Shown here: one piece after another, positions 38,570 to 50,338 of the stretch
Layout of the letters: each line of letters begins with the position of its first letter
How positions within the stretch are numbered: position 1 is the first letter of the stretch
From: Lingula anatina
Taxonomy: Eukaryota; Animalia; Brachiopoda
DNA length: 64,000 nt
Direction of reading: 5' to 3'
Assembly (NCBI GenBank): GCA_051362555.1
Contig: CM120645.1
Location: forward strand, 16,058,001 to 16,122,000
Made by a program: the position numbers and the translations under genes
The notes under the pieces: model-generated
What the model saw: the letters and a program-made list of their open reading frames with translations, nothing else
What the model was told of the DNA's origin: nothing
The model's database searches: none

Positions 38570-40425
38570 TATATATATAATACTCACTGTAATCATAACT
38601 GTATAATACTCACGGTAATCATAACTGTATCCATAGACAAATCCAGACTGACGAAGCCATTCATGTGCAGGTAGGCCAAGGCGTCCGCCAGTTGGATTAG
38701 ACAATCTACCGGTTCCTTGAGTAAATAATGGACCAGCTGACTCCGGAGGACTTTAGTTGCGCCCTTGTCACTGCTGAGGACCCTCAAACTGGTCAGACGC
38801 GGGGTCATGATAAGAGCTGGCAGTTCGTTTGTTGAATCCAAATAAGTACCCAGTATGGTGGGAATGAATCTCCTCTTTTGTTGCTTCATTTTTCTGGAAA
38901 AGAATAATTTGTCCTTGTGTTATGTCCTATTCAATGTATGGTGCCAGCCTCTAGGTTTAAGAAAGGAAAAACTGCATTGAAATTAGCATAGGAAATGTTT
39001 AAGGCAAACAAGTGGCAACTTCTTATTTCTACACACCTCATTTCAATGATTTCCTCACGAACTTGCTTCTCACATGTAGCCCATTTATATCGTGAGGGAT
39101 ATCTTGAGGGATTGACCCTTTGGAGATTTTAAGATGGCAGGGAAAACTTCAGTCCAGTTCCCTTTATATGACGTTTGCCCTTGCACATATTTGATGTCTG
39201 CTTCCACATCTGTCTCGTTATAATCATACGAGAAAAGATGTCTAATAGCAAAATCTTCCAGCGCACGGTTAACTCTGGTAAACTTCTTGACGACAGGATC
39301 ATAGGTGGCGATCAGCTGCTCCTTAGACCGTTGGTCTTCTTTAATGGTCTGCATGTAGTCTCGTGTTGATGATATAAGCTGTGGAATGGACTCGCGCATC
39401 ATCTGTAGATGGTTCCTGGCCTCTTGGAGTTGAGCATCGACATAGGCCTTTGTAACATCAGGCTTAGCCATTATTTTCAAAGCCTCGGATGATCTGTCTC
39501 GAAGAAATTCACATTTCTTCTGGTCATATCGCTTTAAGATTTGTTTCTCTTTCCTCTTCCTTACATGTTTTTTTACGTCAACAAAAAGAAATGCCGGTGA
39601 CGCGAGAAGCATACCCAACGCACCAATGGGTAAAATGATTGGTGAAAATAAACCGAGTGCGATTTTTTCACCTAGTTTTAAGTGTACAATCGACATTTTG
39701 TTCACCTCATTGTCCATTAAGTCTTGCAATTCCATATAGGCCGCCAAATCTTCACTTTTCCTGGAATCTGTTTCCGAGGACCTCTCCAGCATGTTTTCAA
39801 TCATACGCAGCTCAGATTCAATTAACTGGAATTTTTCAGTGAATTTCTTAAACAAGTCCTTTTTCAGGGTTTCAAAATGTTTTTGCTCCGTTTCCCAAGA
39901 GCTGATGGCATCAATGATTCTTTTACAAATTGCATCTTCTATTCTACCTTCTAAATAGTTCCAACCAATCCCATAAGGAGCTTCGGCATTGGTCCAAGAG
40001 GTAACTCGAGCACAGACAGGATCGCTGCTAAGATATTTAGATAAAGAATCAGTAATGGTTTCACATTCTTTATAAAGGTGGCCCTCTAGTTTTTTCAAAA
40101 TATCTTCCGACTTTTTCTCAAGTCTGTCCAACCGTTCCTTTTGCGAGTTGTGCTGAGCCTCAAGTTCATCCCTAGTCAAATTGGCAGAATGAAGATACTG
40201 CTGGGCATAATCTATGGTGCGCTCTACCATATGTTTGCCCCATCTAAAATAAACATAGTATAAGTAACCTGTATTATGGAAAATATTTTAAACAGTCTCA
40301 TGGAACTGGCCTAGAATCATATAAATGTAAACGCAGATTACATACAGATATGGTTTAATAACACAATGTTAAATTGGGAGTCGCATTATTATTCAGGATC
40401 ACGGAATGAGTTCGTTGAATTTTAC

Positions 40426-40458
<33 letters not shown>

Positions 40459-41759
40459 GTAAACTTAAACACACCGTTGCACATGCTCTGTCCTTCTTTG
40501 CAAACTCACTGGAATCAGGGCCTTGATGCCTCTGACCAGCTGCCTGTAGTCGTGAGTCACGTACCCAGCCTGACTGTGCTGCCACGCCATTTTAGCAGAA
40601 AGGGTAAATATCTGCTTTGATGAATCCATGGGCCGTTTCCAGCCCTCACTCACTGCCAAACGTACATTCTCTAAAGCCTTTTCCCTTGCGTCCTCTGGCA
40701 CCAGATCCCAGCGGTTGCAGACAAAAATGGCACAGCCAGGGTCAAATATTGGCTCTCCAGCAGTATCTTTCATATCTTGAAGTTGCCGCAGCAATTTTTG
40801 GAGCTACAGAAAGAACATCAGATAAAGCAGATGCTATCATATGGTCTTTGTACACTTGAAATCGTTTCATTTATTCTCTCATCTTCAAACAAGAAAGAAA
40901 AGGCTATCACACATATAAGATTAAATGGGAAGTGTTGGAAGTAAGCTGAAAATAATTTCTGAAAACCAATATGATTTTAAAATTATTAAAATGTTTAAGT
41001 CAATTTAGCGAAGATATCATTCCTGACTGTTGGTGGCCTTTTTGGATTTTAAACAGTAAAACATGAAATCAGAAAAACTTCGAGTCACACGTGGGCTGGA
41101 ATAGTGGTATGAGGCTAGTTTATGAGTATTTTATATACAGTTTGACCAAAAGCCTGATCAAGCCTGACTCATCTCAATCTGCCAGTCCTCTTTCCTTCTT
41201 ATTGCACAGCCTAGAGCATCGCAAAAATGCTGTATGGGATTCGAACAAGGAGAAAAAGCAGGCTTGTCTATTTGCCCGAGAGGCCATTGAAAATTGTTGC
41301 GTTCTTTGATCCCGATGAAGCTTGTTGAAAAAGAAAAAAGACCAAAGTGGGCTTGGTCTCATGATGGTTCGACCTTCATTATGACTACCACCGTAGGCAA
41401 GTTCTAACCCAAAAAGTATTAAGCAAACCTACTAGTATCCCAAAATTGACATGGAACAAGGAGTCTTATATCAGTACTATGAAAAAACAACTACATTTTA
41501 TCGGAAAACCAAACGTGCACCACGTGAAGGCAATGAAGTTGATGGGTCCATTATAATGTGGGTTCTTCTGTTAGGTGAAGAAAATTTTGTCTGAGTCCTC
41601 TGAGAAAAATCTGACAACTGGTCTTTGACTACCCATCTGGTAGAGCATACGATCCTTCCAGGTTGTAGTCTTAGGTGGGAAACCACTGCCGATGCCTGAT
41701 CACACATATTCCTTTGACCTACCGCTGGATGATATTACGATTTATCTCAGGAAGCTACA

Positions 41760-42086
41760 GTATCTACTTTTCACACCTCAAGCCTTAAACAAATCAAGGA
41801 CTATATCCAATGAAGATCTGTTAAAACAAAACAACCGGAGAAGCGTTAGTAAAGTCATCAGGAAAAGGAGATGGAAATGGATTGGCCAAGTTTCACCACA
41901 AAAGTAACCATGTACTAGACACCAGAGGGACACAGAAAAAGAGGCAGACCTAAGACCACGCGGAGGCTGAAACAACTGAGGGAAACTCGGGGAATCATTC
42001 AACACCTGGCTCGTGACAGAGCGCAGTGGGAGATCTTTGTCGGTGCCCTAGACGCCTGACTGCGTGAAAGTATATAGTAGTAGTAC
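41760..42086 (+). mobile_element. 3' end of an RTE-clade non-LTR retrotransposon
   Basis: TISNEDLLKQ...IRKRRWKWIGQ, followed by a degenerate KRGRPK and LARDRAQW, ending in a (TAG)n tail. Confidence 0.7.
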
Positions 42087-43351
42087 CTACAACAGCACTA
42101 GACAAAACTGACATGCGACTCCAACTCCGAGTCAAAAATGCACACGACCCATCAGTGTGATCAGATATGTTACATACTCATAAGGTAATCAAATCTAATC
42201 AGCTCTTGTGTATTAAGAAGGTAATTATTACACTTATACCATTGTGGCGATAGTTAAGCTGTGTTCATGTTTCTGACAATAATTACGGTGAACTTTGAAA
42301 TTAAATCATATCCTGTTCTCGAAATATTCCATTATTTTAACGAGGGAGTAAAAGGGTGAACATATTTATATGGTGATTGGCGGTCACTTAAAAGAAGTTC
42401 ATGTTCACCCCGCAAGAATTCTTTGCAACTTTAAGTATGTTGATATGAATATTTTTAAGCAATACACACTCAAATGCTTTTAATGCAATTTTGTCTGGGG
42501 GAAACTGCACAAGTTTATTGCCAGCAATATTATTGGAGAATTGAGAAAAGCTTTGATTACAATATCAGTGCAGTTTACTTACCCTATCTTCTTGTACTCC
42601 GCCTGACTTATCAGTCATAATGACATAAATGAAGGCAAAGACTTCATTGTTGGCTATGAAGTGAAGAACCACGTCATCCATGACACCACTCTCACCAATA
42701 CCAGGGCTGTCGATGATATACACACCACTCTAAGGGTATAATACGATTTTGTTTATGTATTTTGTAGATACTTAATATGAAGGCATCATACCTTTGACAG
42801 AAAGTTTAGCCATTTTCTGTAAAAGTACATGTATATACCAGTTCCCAATTTAGTTTCATGTCACAATTTTAGACGTACATAGAGATAGATCTTTAAGAAA
42901 CAAAAATTATACATCATTTTCCATATGCCCTGTCTTTATGAAATACGTCATTACCTTTAACAGTTCAAATGGCAAATAAACATCAACAGTGCACTTTTCC
43001 TGTTCATCCTCCCTCGATGCACCTTTAGGAAATAGAACAGGCTCCAAAGCCGAGCACAAATCATCAGGCTTCTTTATGGAGACTTCCGACGACTTTCTGC
43101 TGCCGTCAGGTTGATGTGTCACTTTGAATACTCTAGGTTCTTCTCCATACTTTATTCTTGTGATCGCTGCTGTGCAGCATAAATGGGCTTCCGGTAGGAT
43201 CTTTTTGCCAAGGAGAAGGTTCAAAAGCGTGCTCTTCCCCGAAGAAGTTTCGCCTAGAATGTGAAAAGCCTTGTAAGTGAAAATAACATGATAAAAACCT
43301 TCATAACACATTGGTAACAATGCCTTGACGAAGCACTTTTTGCATTACATA

Positions 43352-43405
<54 letters not shown>

Positions 43406-45031
43406 AGGCCAAAGTGATAAACAAACAATCAAATACATATGTAAAAAGCAATGTTTGATACATAAATGAATGAACCGATAATGCGAAATAATGCAAAATA
43501 ATGCGAATAGAATTGATTGAAAAAAATCAAAAATTAATGACCCAATCTAGAAACATCATATGGATAAAATACATGTATTTATTGCTTGCATAATCATCGG
43601 ATATTGTGATTGTGTTCCCTTTTACAACTGCACTGTAATAATACAGTTGAGCTCAGGAAAACGCTCCAGGTTGTTATCTGTCCGTTACTCACTTGTTAAC
43701 AGCAATAATTATAAGGTATTAGAGCCGACATCTCTGGGGATAACACCCCTGGGTAACTCAACTACTGGCTGACGATAACACAGTGAGCAAACATGTGTTA
43801 TACGTAAAAAAAGTATTTCTACCAGTTAAGTTATAAAAAGGCTGTTACTTTTGGTAACATCTAATTTATTCTGAGCTCAGTTGTATATATAATTTTAATG
43901 ACATATTAGCAGAGGAAGAGTATTAACTGCCCAATAATTTGATTATAAACAATGATTTGTTTGATTAACAACTCCTACCTGCTACAAGTATTGGGCAGTT
44001 ACCAGTTTCGAGCATGGTGATCCTTTTACGCACGTTTGTGTCTGCGCTCTCAGATACAACATTCTCAGCTTCCAGTCTCTTTTAGATGCTCAAGTCAAGT
44101 AATGGTAGGGACTCCTTAATGGTTTTAAAGATCGACTGAAGTGCATTTCGTCTCTGCGTATCATTCTCTCGTAGCTCAGCGAAAACATCAGCAGCCTAAA
44201 ATTATATATTTATATAAACATACACAGTGACTTTTGCACCCTGGCGTCCAACAATATATTCAATGTAACCAACTGGTATAAGGAAAACGAGGATCAACAG
44301 TTCCACGTATCAAATATGGAGGACCCTGCATGAAAGAAGACCCGACAAATCCGCAGATGGGCTCCCCGCCTCCACACGCGCCTTTAAACTGATTAAATCG
44401 CGAGCACAATGTTTAATTGCTGGACCCCTGCAATGGCAGAGCGTGTGGAGACGGAGAAACCATAAGCGGATTAGTCGGGTCTTATTTCAAGTAGAGTCCA
44501 CCATATTTGATCCGTGGATCAGAAGATCCTCGGGTCTTCTACATGTAGTCATAGTTAAAAATAAAGACGTAGTATTGATACTGATTTCTCAAACAGCAAT
44601 ATTCTTGGATACATCAAAAGCTGGAGTCAGACAGAATTAGTTGTACTCTGCCATTAGTACTTTAAAAATGTGCACGACTAACACACAAAACTCCCAAATA
44701 AATCCACATGTAACACACAGTTCTAATTTAGTTTCAGATATCTGCAAACTTTTGGGACAATGCATATCTCCCTGTTTGGTAAAGAAGTCCCAAGGTCTCC
44801 AGGCTGAACAGAGAGGCATCCCAGTCAGCTTTCTTCACTGCTACAACCAGAATGACAGCCATTATAGCAGTCACAGAAGATCACTAACTCAGTGTGGTTG
44901 ACACTTGATATATTCAGTAAAGTCCTGGATGCACATGTCATCAGCCCAAATAGTGCATGGTGGTTTTTGTAGTCAGCAAACTGAAACATATATGTAGAGG
45001 AAGTGATAAGCATAAAGAACAGAGTCAACCC

Positions 45032-47283
45032 CAGGGTTCTCCCCAGGATTTGAAAATAGCCCTTATTTTTTTTACGCGAGAGTACAGAAGCTCGCGAAGC
45101 AAGGCACAAAAGGGGGGGGGGTCCTGGGATGTGCCCTCCGGAGGAAAAACTTTCATTATTTCATGCAAAAAGGGTGCAATCCCATGCAATTTGAAGCTGT
45201 CATTAAATCGTTAGGACATAGCCCACTTGCAGGACCAAATTTTGCGGGAAAATCAGGGCTAGACACTAACTTTTATGAGCACCTGTCCGAATTTCAATCC
45301 AACCTGTCCAACAATATTATTAACTAATTATTAACTAATATTTTTTCTATTCATACCATTGAACTTTGTAAATAAATATGTGAAGTCATACATTTAATGC
45401 ATTTATTGCCAAGACATTAAATTAAATGAGCCGGAAAATGCACCTTAAAGTGGATTTATTTTCAGATATAAAGTTGTTCTTTCATACTTGTGAACTCCTG
45501 AAGATTTAATCTTGCATATAAGTCTGATTTAACATTATAAAGTTTCAATCAGGGCTTCTCCTAGGATTTTGGGTACAGGGTCTGCTAATTGTAAATCTGC
45601 AATTTGATAACAAATTCACATGAAGTATAACCAAAGCAAAATATAAATACCCTGAGTGGCAGGTGGGGAGGGGGTACTGTTTGATTAATTTTATTAAAAT
45701 ATTCAAAATTTATAATATTTGAATAAAGTGCAATGAAAAATTAAAGAATATTCATCTTATACTTTACTTATATTTATGTTAACAATTCAACTTTTTAGGG
45801 GTTATCTTGTGTTTGATTTTCTTAAATATATGAGTTAAATAAAACTTGGACCTAAATAGAGACACGACTTCTACAACCCAAATGATAAGAAACGATGTAT
45901 AACAAGCTAGTGTAAGAGCAATAGCTTCAAATTGATGAGTTATGCCTTACCTGTACAGTATTGTGACTGGCGGCCATCTTGGATTTGAGGATCGAAATGG
46001 CTACCAATTGTCTTCTCTATTTAGGTCCAAGAATAAAATCAGTATAAAAAAGTTCCCCTTCTAATTTAAATTCTCATATTTGTTATTACTAATTTCTTCC
46101 TTACATCAATACCACACTGGTATATGACAGCAATGTTAATTTATCATATTCCAGCACTAAATTTTTAACTGTAAATAATATAGGTGATGATAAAGTCATT
46201 AAAGAAAACATCATACAAAATTTCAGGTTATATTTTGGCAAATAAACAATATTTCAACAAGATCTTCAGGCCCAAAGATTTCACGTTCTATAGTGAGTAG
46301 ATAGCATACAGTACAACGCATTTGATTGACAGGCAGTATGTTGCCTGGACAACGAACTAGATATAGCCAGTTCATCTAGTCCAACCTGGCTTTGTAACCA
46401 GCACAGTACTTTTGTTTCTGTAACGGTCTTTCTCTCTAGAGCACGTAGATTTTTAACCAAATAAATATTCAGTAGTGAGCCTGTTATGTGAATAAATTTT
46501 GTCTGATGAAGTTCTGGAGGGTGTTCACTTTCATAACTTGGCGGTAAGTTTGCTCAGACTTCGTTTTGCGACTGCACGTGTTTTGTGCAAAAAGTAGGTC
46601 ACTCTTTTCAGTACCGTCTAGGAGGAGACAAAAAGACGTTAGTATGCATCAAAATGATTTTTTAAAAGATTTTTGCTCCAAATTTCTCATAAATCATGAC
46701 CTGTCTGTCGGACAGCCAACCCTGCAACTTCACCTGTCCGAGCTGAATTTTTACCTGTCCCGGACAGGCGCTAATGTATTAAATAGCGTTGCATCTTTTC
46801 TGATATTTTCTCTTGCCGCATGGATACATTTATTTATAAATGATCACGACTGCTACTATTCTTCAGTCAAAATAACATGAAAGGATAGACTATTTATTAT
46901 ATTTCTCCAAAAATATAGATAAAGCAAACAAATCTCACAGAATTACATTGATGACGAAACTAATAAGCGGATGTTGATATTCGAAACTTGTCAGTACGCA
47001 GGTCCCGCGCCCTCAACATGAGATGTTAATACTTGTATTACTGCGCCAGGCAGAATAAAAATAAACAACTTAACGTGCACACAAGAGATCCAAGTACGCA
47101 CACAAGTCGTTTTACGGTTTACGTCGCGACTGTCAGGAATAAAGGCATTAAAGGCATTGGTCACACACACACTCTTAAAGGGTATCGGAGTTCAAAGAAT
47201 CGTGTCGGTAAAAAAAGAAGCGTATCGGCAAAAAGAGGTGCGTATCGGGGCCGATACGCTATAAAGGCCTGGGGAGAACCCTG
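45032..47283. mobile_element. CAGGG-ended DNA transposon with a 6-bp TSD and nested fragments
   Basis: Perfect 16-bp TIR CAGGGTTCTCCCCAGG / CCTGGGGAGAACCCTG, flanked on both sides by CAACCC. Further CAGGG-starting ends at 45255 and 45550. Confidence 0.8.
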
Positions 47284-47834
47284 CAACCCAGAGATAACAG
47301 TACACAGCCAGAAGCAGACACAACAGGTTGCTAAGTCACAAGGCAGACTTGCACCTATCACTACAAATGCAAAGTCTATGTTAGTGGAAATGGAACAATA
47401 TTAGGGACACCTTTCCAATACAGATACATTTTTTTCCAATGCATGTTGCTCTAATTCTGTTATTCCAGATTGCCATTTTAGTTCTACATATCATGCTAAC
47501 TGTACAAATTCAGCCGTTTTTGTACACATTTCTTTAATCCTTAGTTTCTATTTTAAAGTAAGGATAGTCTCAGTGTGTATGTAACTGCAATCAGTTTCAC
47601 CATACATGTGTGCACTGCTAAATGTCTGATGTAAAAAATAAAGCTATGAAACAGAGACATAAGTCCTCATTTGTTCAGCAAACAGCAATGTTGAATTGAA
47701 GTTGTAATAAGGGGGTGAAAGGGATGTAAATTCAATTCAATCAGCTTCAATAAACTTTCATGAGATAATATTCAGCCCTCAATTATACAGCCTGAATGTA
47801 CACATACATTTAATGAAACCGTGCTTCAAAATAC

Positions 47835-48277
47835 CTGGAACAGATCTTGACTTTCTCTGGATTGAAGTAGCCGTCACATCTGTTTATGCAGTGGATCAGC
47901 TGACTTCTCCATTTGTCTGAAACCTCAGACACCCCTGTGGATATGAAAAGATACATGTACCATCTCAATTCTTGTACTTGCCTTGGAAATGGGAGTTTCT
48001 TTGTGGAATCAAAAAGCTAGCATATAGGCATATGAAGGTGTAAAATATTGAACATTATGAGATATCATGAATTGTCGTTTTATTTATAATTATTGTGAAA
48101 GAAGATAGTTATTCACTTGGGGAAAGGTGGAAGAGAGGTAATAATAAAATGGTTTGCTTGATCATTATTTTGTGTTGCTTCAATTTTACCTTAGGCAAGC
48201 TGTGGAAAGAAAGACCCTTGCACTTCTGTGAAGAGGCACTGCATAGAACACCACAACAGAAACTCCTTCCTGACACC
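47835..48277 (-). pseudogene. THAP zinc-finger remnant (two exons), probably transposon-derived
   Basis: 48277-48190 reads SGRSFCCGVLCSASSQKCKGLSFHSLPK. 47934-47835 reads DKWRSQLIHCINRCDGYFNPEKVKICS. Together they match the THAP C..C..LSFH.P..W...R...P...ICS pattern. Exon phases mismatch and the likely start is GTG. Confidence 0.7.
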
Positions 48278-50338
48278 CTTGAAAAGAACAGAATAAAAAT
48301 TTACATTTCTAATAAATAATTATTATCAGTCCTTCATAGTCAGGTATATCTTAATTATATGTTGAAGCTATATCTCCAGGAGTAATAACCAGCTATAACT
48401 GATCTAGTTTAGTGTTGCAATGATCCTCTGGTGGTATGGCACAACTCCAAGTATGACTTTGATATTTCCATTTTTTCTATTAAACATGTTCCTATTTTGC
48501 ATGTACAAATGCATAAAATGAAAAGGGGATAACTAAGTATGTAATATTTATATATATGAATATTCTATTATTTTATTTAACATCATGGATAACGACATTT
48601 AGTTCACAGATTTCTCGAAAACCGTACGCAGATATGCATTAAGGCATAAACGGAAAAACAATCGGCGTCAGACGACCATTGTATTCAAGGACATATCATA
48701 TCATGAATGAGCCTCTCACTCCTAAAATTTGCGCTTAAAGAACACAATATTGTATTAAAATACAAAAGTTATTACTTACATTGCTAATTATCTTCGGTGT
48801 TATCTTCGGTATAATACACTCTGTCACACGCACCAAAAAAGCGATTTGGTTTTTAATAATTCCGTTTTCACACCAACAAAACTGCAGTTAGAATGTGTCG
48901 ACTCCCGTTTACGCCATGCCAAATAGCATAATCGTAAAAACTAGCTTTAGTCGCTATGTATAGTAGTTTTACACCGTGTTAAAGCGTAAGTTGAATGCAG
49001 CGGTACGGAAACCGGAAGACGACCTCACCAACTCTCGCCCAACTCTCGTGGTCACAAGCTAGGCCTGCGAGATTTGAAGTTGGCATTCCATTTTCTCTAC
49101 TTCTATGAATATATGTAAAACGCTGGTGAAATAAACATTGTAGCAATCTTGTAATAGTTGAAACGCACTAGTTAGTGTGACACGCTTCAGAAATGCGAGT
49201 GCTTGGCGTCGATTTCACCTCGAGCTAAAAAAATGGACAAAGCTGAATTTACAAAACATATATACTGCTAGAAACCCAGCTTAATTGGCTTTCATGATTT
49301 AGTTTTTAAAAAATTCTGAGATTTCAAATTCTTACAGAAATCTTTAAATAGAAAATTGCGGACACCTGAAACGGGGCTCCATTTGCAATTACCCGCGTGG
49401 ATAAATCTCCCATTTTACAGTTCTAAATCTATTTTTTATGACAACTAACCTTAAAATTCCGAATCCCTAGACATTTCCGCTTCCTTTTATTTACATATCG
49501 TTTAATCACATCAACAGTTGACAAAAATACACATGAAAACAAGAAGAGATCAAAAGTCGTTCATTTTCACTCGATTTTGCTGAAAGTAGTGCGGAAATGG
49601 CCGTCGCTTCAGTCAATGTGCACGCGCAGCTCGGAATCTCCGGACAGACTGATATATATGCATCGATTTAACAAAAAGTTATGCAAAGGAACAGAAATAT
49701 GACATCTAGGTAAGTTGAATGGTGCAAGAAAAATTTAAAAAAATTCAAAACAAATTTAGCAATTTTCATCTAAAGTATGACAAATTATTTTTGAAAAAAA
49801 TAATAATGTGCAACAATTAACCTCCTACTGGTTATGAATTTCTATTCACATGCTTTAGGTAATAAAATGAAGGATATTATATCATGCAATAAACGAAAAG
49901 AAACTTTATCATATATTGATTGATATATTGTAGCTTTTTAAAAATAAATTTTGAGTAAAATGCGCTTTTAAATTCATGACATATTTATTAATTCAAGCAA
50001 AAAAATAATGAACCTCTTAAAATATTGCAGTATATCAATCAAAACAATTACTGTTGCCAGTGTGTGTGTGCGCGCGCCCGCTACGCACAATATCTTTATG
50101 TCGACGATACATTCAACTTCCTCCTCTCCCCTCCAAAACATTAACCTCAGTGCTTTCGTCCTTCCCTGAACAACTGTCTTTTCCTGTAACGGTACTATTA
50201 CGACATAGCAATGTCTACTTTTCACATTAAAAAAAATGCCAACAACCAACTATAACTACGAAAAAATAAATTTTATAATATACTATTTCACCCACAATCT
50301 TGTGGAAATTACTTATGATGGGATCTTTTGCGGGTTTT

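Larger units (their letters stand above)
32460..44195 (-). pseudogene. Dynamin/mitofusin-like GTPase + pseudokinase gene (copy B), disabled
   Basis: Exons 44195-43979, 43253-42955 (P-loop AGETSSGKS), 42729-42583 (DSPG), 40803-40475 (NRWD), 40243-39037 (helical region, hydrophobic paddle, kinase N-lobe), 38893-38614, 32879-32460. Lesions: in-frame TAA at 44084-44082, frameshift near 39094, in-frame TAG at 32777-32775. No exon 1 was found. Confidence 0.85.

Noticed and set aside
41530-41700. Possible tyrosine-recombinase/DIRS remnant (QIFLRGL) on the minus strand
   Set aside because: Too short and stop-ridden to assign.
44223-44262. CACAGTG heptamer as a possible RSS/Transib end
   Set aside because: No matching nonamer at 12/23 spacing and no partner inverted end was found. 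A 7-mer is expected by chance in 64 kb.
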